Shown: positions 9,098 to 18,498 of the stretch, in pieces | How positions within the stretch are numbered: position 1 is the first letter of the stretch | Layout of the letters: every line of letters starts with the position of its first letter | NCBI GenBank assembly: GCA_965116935.1 | Contig: OZ220737.1 | Span: 1,011,686-1,075,685, forward strand | Source of the DNA: Pseudomonadales bacterium | Lineage (GTDB): Bacteria; Pseudomonadota; Gammaproteobacteria; Pseudomonadales; Azotimanducaceae | Direction: 5' to 3' | DNA: 64,000 nucleotides | Made by a program: the position numbers and the translations under genes | The notes under the pieces: model-generated | What the model saw: the letters and a program-made list of their open reading frames with translations, nothing else | The model's database searches: none | Told to the model about the DNA's origin: nothing

Positions 9098-9780
9098 GTG
9101 CGTTTGCGCGTTCACGTCGAAGGTCAGACGGAGGAGGCTTTCGTCAACCGGTTGCTTGCACCGCATCTTGGGAAGCGGGGATTCACTAGTGTCGACGCGC
9201 GCCTCATGGGAGGGGCCAGGCGACGACGGCAACGTGGAGGCGTCCCTTCGTGGACCTCCTTCCGCAACGAGTTGGTGCGGCACTTGAAGGCGGATAGCGG
9301 TCTCCTCCACACGTCCATCGTGGACTTCTACGGTATGCCTGACGACGGCAAACGAGCGTGGCCGGGAAGAAGGGAGGCTGCGAGCCTGCCGCACGCCCGC
9401 AAGGGCGAGCACGTTGCCCAACAGATGCTGGCGGATCTGCACACCGTGTGGCACCGCGAGCAACGCTTCGTGCCCTTCGTGGTAATGCACGAATTCGAGG
9501 CACTCCTGTTCAGCGACTGCGACGCGTTTGCCAATGTCTTGGCGAAACCCGGTCTTGCAGGAGAGCTTCGGCACATCCGCGACCAGTTCGAATCGCCGGA
9601 GCACATCAACGACCGACGGGATACGGCTCCGTCAAGCGAATCCGTGCGCTGCATCCAGGCTACGGCAAGGTCGCGGAAGGCACCGCGGCTGCCCAGGCGG
9701 TATCCCTCGACAAAATGACCGAACAGTGCCCACACTTTGCGGCTTGGCTGCATCAATTGGAAACGCTTGCCCCAGCTTGA
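9098..9780 (+). pseudogene. DUF4276-family protein with an apparent 1-nt deletion frameshift near 9630
   Basis: A GTG at 9098 follows the ATPase stop by 19 nt. LRVHVEGQTEEAFVNRLL ... FVVMHEFEALLFSD ... PEHIN ... TAPS is DUF4276-like. The frame then decays into SSESVRCIQATARSRK, while the adjacent frame continues sensibly as SVKRIRALHPGYGKVAEG...CPHFAAWLHQLETL and stops at 9780. Confidence 0.65.
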
Positions 9781-9883
9781 TGGCTGGGTTCGTCGCACCT
9801 TGGCGTGCGTGCGAGGAAATGCCTTCGCTGTGCCGCCCAAACGAGGCCCCGCACGGCATTCGGTCGCAAGGTCAGCGCGTCGC

Positions 9884-10789
9884 TCAGGAGGGCGCGAGCA
9901 GGAACTCGAGCAGGGCCTTCTGCGAGTGGAGGCGGTTGCCGGCTTCTATCCAGGCCACCGAGCGGGGGTCTTCGAGCAGGTGTTCGCTGATTTCCTCGCC
10001 CCGGTGGGCTGGGAGGCAGTGCATGAAGAGGGTGTCCTTGGCCGCGCAGTCTAGGAGTGCTGGGGTGACTTGATAGCCGGCGAAGGCTTTTCGTCGCGCT
10101 TCGGCCTCGTCGTCGTGGCCGAGGGAGGACCACACGTCCGTCACCACCAGATCGGCGCCGGCGACCGCATCGCGTGGTGACGGCGCGAGTTCGGCCACGT
10201 TGGACTCCGCCAGCAGCGTCGCATCCGGTTCGTGCCCCTTGGGCGCGGCGATGCGAAGGTGGAAGTCGAACAGCTTCGAGGCGCGGATGTAGGAGTTGCA
10301 CATGTTGTAGCCATCGCCCACGAACGCCACGGTCGCGCCCTGAATCGAGCCGCGAAACTCGTTGAACGTCTGCACGTCGGCCAGAAGCTGGCAAGGATGA
10401 AACCGGTTCGTCATGCCGTTGATTACCGGCACGCTCGATGCCGAGGCGATGCGCTCCACCTCCTCGTGCGCGAGCGTGCGCACCATCACCGCGTCCACCA
10501 TCTGTGACAGCACCTGCGCCGTGTCCTCCACCGGCTCTCCGCGCCCAAGCTGGGTATCTGCCCGTCCAAGGAACAGCGCGTGACCGCCGAGTTGGTGCAT
10601 CCCGGTCTCGAACGCCACCCGCGTGCGCGTGGAGTTGAGCTGGAACACCATCGCCAACGTCTTGCCGGCGAGGGGGCGATGCGCGAGCCCGTCGCGGTTC
10701 ATGCGCTTGAGTTCCGCCGCCCGCGCCACGAGCCCCGCCAGTTCGTGGGCGGTGCAGTCCGGCAGCGTGAGGAAGTGACGCACTGCCAT
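9884..10789 (-). CDS. argF: Ornithine carbamoyltransferase
   Basis: 301 aa with STRTR (FQLNSTRTRVAFE), HPCQ and HCLP motifs. Confidence 0.92.
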   Translation of the reverse strand: MAVRHFLTLPDCTAHELAGLVARAAELKRMNRDGLAHRPLAGKTLAMVFQLNSTRTRVAFETGMHQLGGHALFLGRADTQLGRGEPVEDTAQVLSQMVDAVMVRTLAHEEVERIASASSVPVINGMTNRFHPCQLLADVQTFNEFRGSIQGATVAFVGDGYNMCNSYIRASKLFDFHLRIAAPKGHEPDATLLAESNVAELAPSPRDAVAGADLVVTDVWSSLGHDDEAEARRKAFAGYQVTPALLDCAAKDTLFMHCLPAHRGEEISEHLLEDPRSVAWIEAGNRLHSQKALLEFLLAPS

Positions 10790-10804
10790 GACTCGACGCT
10801 CCGG

Positions 10805-11971
10805 TCAGTCGAGCGCGTCGATGAGGTCCGCCACCATGGCCACCATCTGGTCCGCCTCGGCATCGCTCATGTTCAGCGGCGGCAGCAGGCGGACGACATT
10901 GTCCACCGCGACGTTGATGAGGAGGCCAGCCTCCAAGGCATCGGCCACCAGCGTCGGGCACGGCTCGTTAAGTTCCACCCCGAGCATCAAGCCCTTGCCG
11001 CGGATTTCCCGCACACGGTTGTTGCCGGCCAGGCGCTTGCGGAATGCCGCCACCATGCGCTCGCCGAGTTCCGCGGCGCGTTCGATCACGCCGCCTTCGG
11101 TGAGTTCGTCAAGCACAGCATTGGCCGCAGCGCAGGCGAGGAAATTGCCGCCGAAGGTGGAGCCATGCGTGCCCGCCACCAGCACGTCGGCCGCCGCGCC
11201 GCGGGCAATGCAGGCGCCGATGGGCATGCCGTTGCCGAGCCCCTTGGCCGTGGTGATGACATCCGGCAGGAGGTTGCCGTGCTGGAACGCGAACAGCTTG
11301 CCGGTGCGGCCGTTGCCGGTCTGCACTTCGTCGAGCATGAGCAGCCAGTCGTTGGCATCGCACACTTCGCGCAAGCTGTCGAGATAGTCGCCCGAGGGAA
11401 TCTGGATGCCGCCCTCGCCGAGCACCGGCTCGACGAACACCGCCACCACGTTCTTGTTGTTGGCGGCGATTTGGCGCACCGACTCGACATCGTTGAATGG
11501 TGCCCGCACGAATCCGGAAAGCAGCGGCTCGAAACCCGCCTGCACCTTGCGATTGCCGGTGGCAGTGAGCGTCGCCATGGTGCGGCCGTGGAAGCTGCCG
11601 TCCATGACGATCACGTCCGGCGCCTCGATGCCGCGATTGTGGCCGTGCAGGCGCGCGATCTTCAGCGCCGCCTCATTGGCCTCGGCACCTGAGTTGCAGA
11701 AGAACACGTTGTCCATGCCGGACAGTTCGCACAGGCGTTCCGCGAGCCGCTCCTGCGGGCCGATGCGATAGAGATTGGAGGTGTGCAGCAGCGTGCCGGC
11801 TTGGTTGCGCAGCGCCTCGGCCACCGCCGGGTGGGCGTGGCCCAGGCCGCAGACGGCGATACCGGTGAGGCCGTCGAGATAGGCCTTGCCGGCCTCGTCG
11901 TACACGTGGCTGCCCTCGCCGCGCACGAAAGACACGGGCAGGCGCCCATAGGTTGGCATGATGGCCGTCAT
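10805..11971 (-). CDS. argD: Acetylornithine (class III) aminotransferase
   Basis: 388 aa. Typical ArgD N-terminus MPTYGRLPVSFVRGEGSHVYD, GHAHP, and LLMLDEVQTG..RTGK (PLP-Lys region). Adjacent to argF. Confidence 0.9.
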   Translation of the reverse strand: MTAIMPTYGRLPVSFVRGEGSHVYDEAGKAYLDGLTGIAVCGLGHAHPAVAEALRNQAGTLLHTSNLYRIGPQERLAERLCELSGMDNVFFCNSGAEANEAALKIARLHGHNRGIEAPDVIVMDGSFHGRTMATLTATGNRKVQAGFEPLLSGFVRAPFNDVESVRQIAANNKNVVAVFVEPVLGEGGIQIPSGDYLDSLREVCDANDWLLMLDEVQTGNGRTGKLFAFQHGNLLPDVITTAKGLGNGMPIGACIARGAAADVLVAGTHGSTFGGNFLACAAANAVLDELTEGGVIERAAELGERMVAAFRKRLAGNNRVREIRGKGLMLGVELNEPCPTLVADALEAGLLINVAVDNVVRLLPPLNMSDAEADQMVAMVADLIDALD

Positions 11972-12107
11972 CTTTGCGTTCCTTTCCTCTCAACTGCCCC
12001 GTTTGCCGTGCTTCGCTCGGGGCCTATCCTTGCAGAAACTGTGGTAGCGCTTCTTAGCGGGGCGTCTCGTGCTCGCATTCGCGCGCGACTCTCGACCTAC
12101 CGACTAC

Positions 12108-12146
12108 CGAAAACAAAAGCCGGGCAGCGACGGTAGGCTGCCCGGC
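12108..12146 (-). terminator. Intrinsic terminator downstream of the patB-like gene
   Basis: On the minus strand, a GCCGGGCAGC-8 nt-GCTGCCCGGC hairpin is followed by TTTTGTTTT. Confidence 0.55.
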
Positions 12147-12199
12147 AAGCGCGAGAGCATAGCACCGTTCGGCGGCGGCGCCGGTCCGCAACGAGCCGC

Positions 12200-13363
12200 T
12201 CAGGCTGGGCCCGCCAACACCGCTTCGCGCAGGCGGCGCAAGCCTTCGGCGAGCATTGCCTCGCCGCAGCCGAAGTTGAAGCGGGCAAAGCCTGGTGTGC
12301 CGAAGTCCTCGCCCGGCGAAAGGCCGATGCCGTGGCTTTCGAGCCAGGTGGCGGGCGAGTCGTGTCCTAGCGCCGTCGCGTCGATCCAGGCAAGGCACGT
12401 GGCTTCCACGGGCGTGACTTCGAGGCCGCCCAAGGCGCGCACGGCGTCTTCCACGGTGCGGGCATTGCCGGCGAGATAGGCGTTGACGGAGGCGAGCCAG
12501 TCCGATTGGTCGTTCCATGCCGCGGTCGCCGCCGCGTAGGCGAGAGGCGACACGCCGGAAACAAAGCCGTGCATCGCGCTCTCGTAGCGGGCGCGCAGTT
12601 CCGGGTCCGGAATCACGGCAACGGCGACGCCGAGGCCCGGCATGTTGTAGGCCTTGGTGGGGGCATGGAGGGTTATCGACCGACGCGCGAGTTCCGGGTC
12701 GAGGCCAGCGACCGACCGGTGCCGCCGCTCCTTTGCCAGCAAGATGCCGCAATGGATCTCGTCGCTCACCAAGAGGGCGCCGCTCGAGAGGACAAGCTCG
12801 GCGATGCGTTCGAGTTCGTCCTGCCCGTAGATGCGTCCTGTGGGGTTGTGGGGATTGCAGAACATGAGCGCCGAGTCAGGCTCGAGCGCCGCGGCTAGGT
12901 GGTCGAAGTCCATCTCCCAGCGGTTGCTTTGCCGGGCCAGCGGGGAGCGGGTTTCCGCAAGGCCAGCGTTCGCGGCAACGCGCAGGAACGGCGGGTACAC
13001 GGGGGTCGGCACCACCACGCGCGACCCGCCGAAGGCGCGCGCGGCGACGTTGAAGCCGGGCACGACTCCCGGCAGCCAGACCAGCCAGTCGCGATGCACC
13101 TGCCAGCCGCAATGGCGCGCCACCCAGCCTTGGAAGGCAGTTATGGCGCCCTCGGGCGTGGTGGTGTAGCCGAGCACGGGGTGGGCGAGGCGGGCCTCTA
13201 CCGCCTCGATGACGAAGGGGGCGGTTGGCAGGTCCATGTCGGCGACCCAGAACGGCAGGATGTCCCGGCCGGCGTACTTCTCCCACTTGTTGCTCGAGGT
13301 GCCGCGGCGGTCTATGCCGTCGGCGAGTGCCTTGCCGATGGGGTCCAAGATGCTTCGGTTCAT
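12200..13363 (-). CDS. MalY/PatB-type PLP-dependent C-S lyase (aminotransferase class I/II)
   Basis: Start at MNRSILDP; RRGTSSNKWEKY is the characteristic PatB/MalY N-terminal motif; PLP lysine context APTKAYN. Confidence 0.8.
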   Translation of the reverse strand: MNRSILDPIGKALADGIDRRGTSSNKWEKYAGRDILPFWVADMDLPTAPFVIEAVEARLAHPVLGYTTTPEGAITAFQGWVARHCGWQVHRDWLVWLPGVVPGFNVAARAFGGSRVVVPTPVYPPFLRVAANAGLAETRSPLARQSNRWEMDFDHLAAALEPDSALMFCNPHNPTGRIYGQDELERIAELVLSSGALLVSDEIHCGILLAKERRHRSVAGLDPELARRSITLHAPTKAYNMPGLGVAVAVIPDPELRARYESAMHGFVSGVSPLAYAAATAAWNDQSDWLASVNAYLAGNARTVEDAVRALGGLEVTPVEATCLAWIDATALGHDSPATWLESHGIGLSPGEDFGTPGFARFNFGCGEAMLAEGLRRLREAVLAGPA

Positions 13364-13422
13364 CCGCGCTACAATGCAAACGACCAGAGGCCAATGCAAG
13401 CGGCGGCGCGCGAGGAGACGCA

Positions 13423-13758
13423 ATGAGCAACGAGACCATCGACACGATCCGGTCGCAGATTCAGGACAACCCCATCATCCTTTACATGAAGGGGTCGCCG
13501 CAGGCGCCCCAGTGCGGATTTTCGGCGCAGACCGTTCAGTGCCTGATGGCATGCGGCCAGCGCTTCGCCTACGTGGACGTGCTGAGCAATCCGGCCATTC
13601 GGGCGACGCTGCCGGAGGTTTCGGATTGGCCCACGTTCCCGCAGCTCTACGTGGACGGCGAACTCGTCGGCGGCTGTGACATCATCACCGAGATGTATCA
13701 GTCCGGCGAACTGCAGCCGCTGGTGGAGAAGGCCGGCGCTGCAGCGGCGAGCGAGTAG
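13423..13758 (+). CDS. grxD: Monothiol glutaredoxin (Grx4 family)
   Basis: Start at MSNETIDT (ATG 13423). CGFS active site (PQCGFS) and WPTFPQLYVDGELVGGCDI. Confidence 0.92.
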   Translation: MSNETIDTIRSQIQDNPIILYMKGSPQAPQCGFSAQTVQCLMACGQRFAYVDVLSNPAIRATLPEVSDWPTFPQLYVDGELVGGCDIITEMYQSGELQPLVEKAGAAAASE

Positions 13759-13767
13759 GGGCGCGAA

Positions 13768-14130
13768 CAACGCCGCCGGCAAGCACCCAAGCAACAGGCC
13801 CTGCCATGCGAGGGCCTCTCTGGACGGGGGCGTCCCGCCCTCCACGCGTGCCGGAGGCGCGCACGCAGCGAAGCCGGCCAACGCCACTGCAAGCAAGCGT
13901 TTCCAGACAACGCCAACAAAGCGCCAGCCCCGAACAACGCCACTAACAAACCAGCCTCTGTTCCTTGACGTGCCTGCGGCACGATGGAGGGCGGGCGCCG
14001 CCAAACCCCTCGCTAACGCTCGGGGTCTGGCCCCATCCCCCACCTTCCCAAGAGCGTGCACCGCATACGTGGCGCGTCCGCGCCGCTCCTGCGGTGCACG
14101 CTCTTGGCGCCCTCCGTCCAAAGGCCCGTG
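13768..14130. repeat. Uninterrupted copy of a composite intergenic repeat (parts X and Y)
   Basis: Aligns by eye with 14983-15279 (part X) and 21201-21295 (part Y). Contains a REP-like palindrome (ggcgtcccgccctcc), the motif cgccgccaaacccctcgct..ggtctggcccca.cccccacc, and a 15-bp-stem hairpin agagcgtgcaccgca/tgcggtgcacgctct. Confidence 0.8.
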
Positions 14131-14175
14131 GCAAACGCGACAGCCGCCTGCCTAGCTACGACAGCCGGTGCTTGG

Positions 14176-14802
14176 CTAGCTTCCGCCCAACGACTGCGGC
14201 GAGGGCCATGCATTGACGATGGCGCAGAACAGCGTTGCCGTCATCTGGGCGTCATAGGCGGCGCTGTGCGCGCGCTCCGGGTCGAAGGCAATGCCGGCGC
14301 GGTTGCATGCCTCCCGCAACACCGTGTGCCCACAGGCGACGCCGGCGAGCGAAACGGTGTCCATCACCGAGAACGGGTGGAACGGATCGCGCTTGACGCC
14401 GTTGCGTGCCGCCGCCTTACGCAGGAAGGCGTGATCGAAATGGGCATTGTGGGCGGTGAGGATGGCGCGCTGGCAACGAGCGAGCTTGATTTCCCGCCGC
14501 ACTAGCCGGAACAGCTCCCGCACAGCCTTCTCCTCCGGCACCGCGTTCCGCGCCGGGTCGCTGAGGTCGATTCCGGTAACCTGCAGCGATGCCGCCTCAA
14601 CTTTCGTGTCCGGGTGCGGCGCAATCGCCCAGCGATGGGCCTCCTTCACCGTCAGCCGTCCGCCGTCAAGCTCGAGCGTGACCGCGGCGAGTTCAAGCAA
14701 TGCGTGGCTCGTGGGTTCGAACCCGCCCGTCTCGATGTCGATCACCACCGGCAAATAGCCCCGAAACCGGGACCGAATGGCGACACCTGCATTTCCTTCC
14801 AT
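14176..14802 (-). CDS. rnt: Ribonuclease T
   Basis: 208 aa. RFRGYLPVVIDIETGGF (DEDDh exo I) and HSAAYDA near the C-terminus are typical of RNase T. Confidence 0.9.
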   Translation of the reverse strand: MEGNAGVAIRSRFRGYLPVVIDIETGGFEPTSHALLELAAVTLELDGGRLTVKEAHRWAIAPHPDTKVEAASLQVTGIDLSDPARNAVPEEKAVRELFRLVRREIKLARCQRAILTAHNAHFDHAFLRKAAARNGVKRDPFHPFSVMDTVSLAGVACGHTVLREACNRAGIAFDPERAHSAAYDAQMTATLFCAIVNAWPSPQSLGGS

Positions 14803-14811
14803 TGCGAAAGC

Positions 14812-14980
14812 CTAGCAGGCAAGTCGGACTTTGGCGTTGATATTTTGATAACTCGTTGAAATAACTACTAATTCCTACAGAGCACAAGAGACTTTCTCGA
14901 AACATATATGCAATAAAAACAATAGGTTACGAGGGTCCAGTTTCTAAGTCCGACAGGCTGCTAGCAGGCAAGTCGGACTT
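14812..14980. repeat. 20-bp direct repeat flanking a 129-bp AT-rich insert
   Basis: ctagcaggcaagtcggactt occurs at 14812-14831 and 14961-14980. The interval 14832-14960 is strikingly AT-rich for this window and lies 10-160 nt upstream of the rnt start. Confidence 0.8.
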
Positions 14981-14982
14981 CG

Positions 14983-15279
14983 CACGGCGCAAGCCGGCAA
15001 ACACCGAAGCAGCTCCTGCGATGCGAGGGCCTCTCTGGACGGAGGGCGTCCCGCCCTCCAAGCGTGCCGAAGGCGCGCACGCAGCGGAGCTGATCAAGGC
15101 CACCGCAAGCAAGCGTTCCAGACAACGCCAACAAAGCGCCAGCCTCGAACAACGCCACCAACAAACCAGTCTCTCCTTCTGGCACCCGCATGCCTCGACG
15201 TGCCTGCGGCACGACGGAGGGCGAGCGCCGCCAAACCCCTCGCTAGCGCTCGGGGTCTGGCCCCATCCCCCACCTTCCC
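14983..15279. repeat. Second copy of repeat part X, ending at the island junction (attL-like)
   Basis: Aligns with 13768-14049. Similarity stops right after cccaccttccc (15269-15279). Confidence 0.8.
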
Positions 15280-15409
15280 TGCACACACGATTTCACGCAA
15301 CCGCACGCTGTCCCGGGTTTACCAATGCAGTAAGCAAACATCTCGCAAACACCGCCTCTCGCAGCCTCCCCGAAAATCGGGTAGACTCCGCCAGAACGTG
15401 GTAACCGTC

Positions 15410-16375
15410 ATGGGGAACCATTTGACGCCCAAGCGCCTCAACCCCGCCTTCGTCGCCGCCGTCCAGCCCACGCACAAGACTACCCGATTCGGCGACGGCA
15501 ACGGCCTCCATCTCGTCGTCACCCCCAGCGGCGGCCGCGGCGGCAAGTCCTGGGTGCAGCGCCTCGTCGTCCGCGGCGTCCCGCGCGAGCTGGGCCTCGG
15601 CAGCGTGCGGGAGGTGTCTCTCCGGCAGGCCCGCGCGCGGGCGCTCGAGAACCGCCGCATCGCGCGGCGCGGCGGCGACCCGGCGCCGCGGCGCAAGACG
15701 CCGACGTTCGCCGAGGCGTTCGACGCCGTCGTCGCGCTGCGGCGGCCGACGTGGAAGGACCCGGAGACGATGGAGGCGCGATGGCGCGCCTCGATGGAAC
15801 GCCACGCGATGGACCGGCTCGGGACGCTGCCGGTCGGGGCCGTCGCCAGCGCCGACGTGCTCGCGGTGCTGGAACCGGTCTGGGCCTCGCTCGACGAGGC
15901 CCCGCGCATCCGGCAGCGCATCGGGCTCGTCATGCAGTGGGCGATCGCGCAGGGGCACCGACGCGACAACCCGACGGGCGAGGTGCTGACGGCGGCGCGC
16001 ACGAAGACGAACCGTCCGCATCGCGTGCCGCTGTCGGACCGGGCCGTCGAGGTGCTGCGCGAGGCGGCCTCGACGCGCAGGGGCGAGCTCGTCTTCCCGT
16101 CGTCCCGGGGAGGCGCGGCGATCCACCGGCGCACGTTCGGTCGCCTGATGCCGGCGCTCGGCATCGCCGCGCACCCGCACGGGTTCCGCTCCAGCTTCCG
16201 CGACTGGGCCGCCGAATGCACCGACGCGCCGCGGGAGGCGATGCAGGCGGCGCTGGGCCATGCGGTCCCCAACGCCACCGAGGCCGCCTATGCGCGTTCG
16301 GACCTGTTCGGGGCGCGGCGGACGCTCATGCGGCAATGGGCGGACTTCCTCGCCGCCGGCGCGGCGCCGGCGTGA
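15410..16375 (+). pseudogene. P4-type tyrosine integrase with an internal deletion (~70 aa, including the first catalytic Arg region)
   Basis: The N-terminus (KRLNPAFV..RFGDGNGLHLVV) and C-terminus (HGFRSSFRDWAAE..AYARSDL) align with the neighbouring integrase. The stretch LPKVDAK...LCAARSGEARGARWDEMDL..TRMKAG of the neighbour is missing between EVLTAA and RTKTNRPHRVPLSD. Confidence 0.75.
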
Positions 16376-17587
16376 AGCGGCTGACCGCCGCGTTCGTGCA
16401 GCACCGTCAAGCCCGCCGAGCGCCTGAAGCGCTACGGCGACGGCAACGGCCTGTACCTGCTGGTGAAGCCGGGACCGCGGGGCGGCGGCAGGTCGTGGGT
16501 GCAGCGGCTGGCCATCCACGGCGTGCGCCGCGACCTCGGCCTCGGCAGCGCCGAGCTGGTCACCCTGGCCGAGGCGCGCCAGATGGCCTGGGACAACCGC
16601 CGCGTCGCCCGCGCCGGCGGCGACCCGCGCGTCGCCGGCAGCCGCCACTCGCCGACCTTCGCCGAGGCGGCCGAGACCGTGATCGCCATGCACCGTCCCA
16701 CGTGGAGGGACGCACGCGGCACGGAGGCCCAGTGGCGCGCGTCGCTGTCGACCCACGTCCATCCGCACATCGGCCACCGGCCCGTCCACGCGATCGAGAC
16801 CGCCGACGTCATGGCCGTGCTGCAGCCCATCTGGACGGAGAGGCACACGACCGCGACGCGGGTCCGGCACCGCATCGCCGCGGTGATGAAGTGGGCCGTC
16901 GCCCAGGGCCACCGCGCCGACAACCCGGCCGGGGAGGCGCTGGCCGCCGCGCTGCCGAAGGTGGACGCGAAGAGGGCGCACTTCCGCGCGCTGCCTCACC
17001 CGGAGGTCGGCGACGCGCTCGCCAGGGTCCGCCAGTCCGAAGCGGGCCTTTCGGTGCGCCTGGCGTTCGAGTTCCTGGTGCTGTGCGCGGCGCGCTCCGG
17101 CGAGGCGCGGGGCGCACGCTGGGACGAGATGGACCTCGAGGCCGCGGTCTGGACGATTCCCGCGACGCGCATGAAGGCGGGCCGGGAGCACCGGGTGCCG
17201 CTGTCGGATCGCGCGCTTGCCGTCCTCGACGAGGCGCGCGGGATCCGCGACGGCGAGCTGGTCTTCCCGTCGCCGCGGGGCAGGGCGCTCCATCCGGGGA
17301 GCCTGAACCGCCTGCTGGGCGACCTCGGCGTCGACGCCGTGCCGCACGGGTTTCGCTCCAGCTTCCGGGACTGGGCCGCCGAGTGCACCGACACGCCGCA
17401 CGCGGTGATGGAAGCCGCGCTCGCGCACACGGTGCGCAACGCCGCGGAGGCCGCGTACGCGCGCTCGGACCTGTTCGACCGGCGCCGCGTCCTGATGCAG
17501 CGGTGGGCCGACTACGCGGGCGGCGTCAGTCGCCCGACGGCCGGAAAGCCGCCTCCCGACGCCCTGCAGGGCACCCGCCGCGACTGA
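16372..17587 (+). pseudogene. P4-type tyrosine integrase with an N-terminal +1 frameshift (or N-terminally truncated from GTG 16463)
   Basis: GTG 16372 overlaps the upstream stop and encodes VKRLTAAFVQH. The integrase continues in another frame as TVKPAERLKRYGDGNGLYLLV. The catalytic set looks intact (ARSGE, HRVPL, HGFRSSFRDW, AYARSDL). Confidence 0.7.
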
Positions 17588-18498
17588 ACGCGGGCACGAG
17601 CGTCGCCTGCTTCGGCCCTCCGCAGGATGTCCGGTCGAAGCAGGCCACTCTCGTGACCGGCGGCGTCCGAAACGGTCATTCCGGAGCCCCGCCGCGAAGG
17701 CGAACCGGCGCACGCCGACAGTGCCGCACAATCTCGAGGCCGGCCGCGGCCGTCGAAGGCAGGCGTCCGGCGAGGGTTCCGGGTGGGTGCGGCGTTGCCG
17801 CAGCGGCCGCGCCCCGCGGCCGCGACTGCGGCCGGGAGCGGACGTGGTTCGTTGAGTTCTAATGGGCGACCCGGCACCCGTCAGGGTGTCCGAACCCCGC
17901 ACCTTCGTGCGGCAATGCCCGTCGACGCGTATTCCCTTGCCGTCTCCTGCGGCAGCCGCGGCGTGTCCTGCGACATCTGGCCCGCCAGCCCTTCGGCACG
18001 CGCCGCGCCGCGCGATGCCCTCTTCAGGCACGACAGGGCTCTCCCCGTCCCGCGCGATGCGTCGCACCACGAACCATCCGCCGCCACGCCGGTTCCCCGG
18101 CATCGCGCGTCTGCGCGCGACATGCGGCTTTCCTGGCCGTCGGTGGTGCCGCCCCCATCCGCGCGCTACCGCGGATGTGGCGGACCGTGCCCTGCGATGC
18201 GTCGACCGCCTGCGCTGCTGCGTTGCAGCCTGGCACTGGGTCGTCACCGCCTCTCCGGTGACGCCGTCACGCCGGGCTCCTCCGTCCCGGCAACGTCGCC
18301 CATGGCGACCAAATGACGCCGGGCACTCTAGCACCGCGTCACCACGCCGGCACCAACTTTCTTCTTACCGTTTCGCTTGCCGCCGCTGGCCCGAATGCCG
18401 CTCTTGCGCCCCGTCACTACCGGACTCCGTCGTCGCCCAAGACGCCGGCGGAGGTAGTGACGGGGCGCGAAGCAGCGCGATTCGCCAGCCACCATTCC

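Noticed and set aside
9753-10961. 402-aa minus-strand ORF, plus the + strand ORFs 10580..11692 and 10788..11387
   Set aside because: They are out of frame with, or antisense to, argF and argD, which have unambiguous motifs. Their composition is R/G/A/H-rich.
14803-15409. Expected tRNA or tmRNA gene as the integration target next to the integrases
   Set aside because: I scanned the region by eye on both strands. I found no cloverleaf-compatible sequence and no GGTTCGAATCC-like T-arm. The junction analysis points instead to insertion into a repeated intergenic element.
15293-18334. 1013-aa ORF on the minus strand, the longest in the window
   Set aside because: It runs antisense to both integrase genes. 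It is extremely R/A/G/P-rich with no recognisable motif, the typical shadow ORF of high-GC DNA. The + strand integrase frames have clear family motifs.
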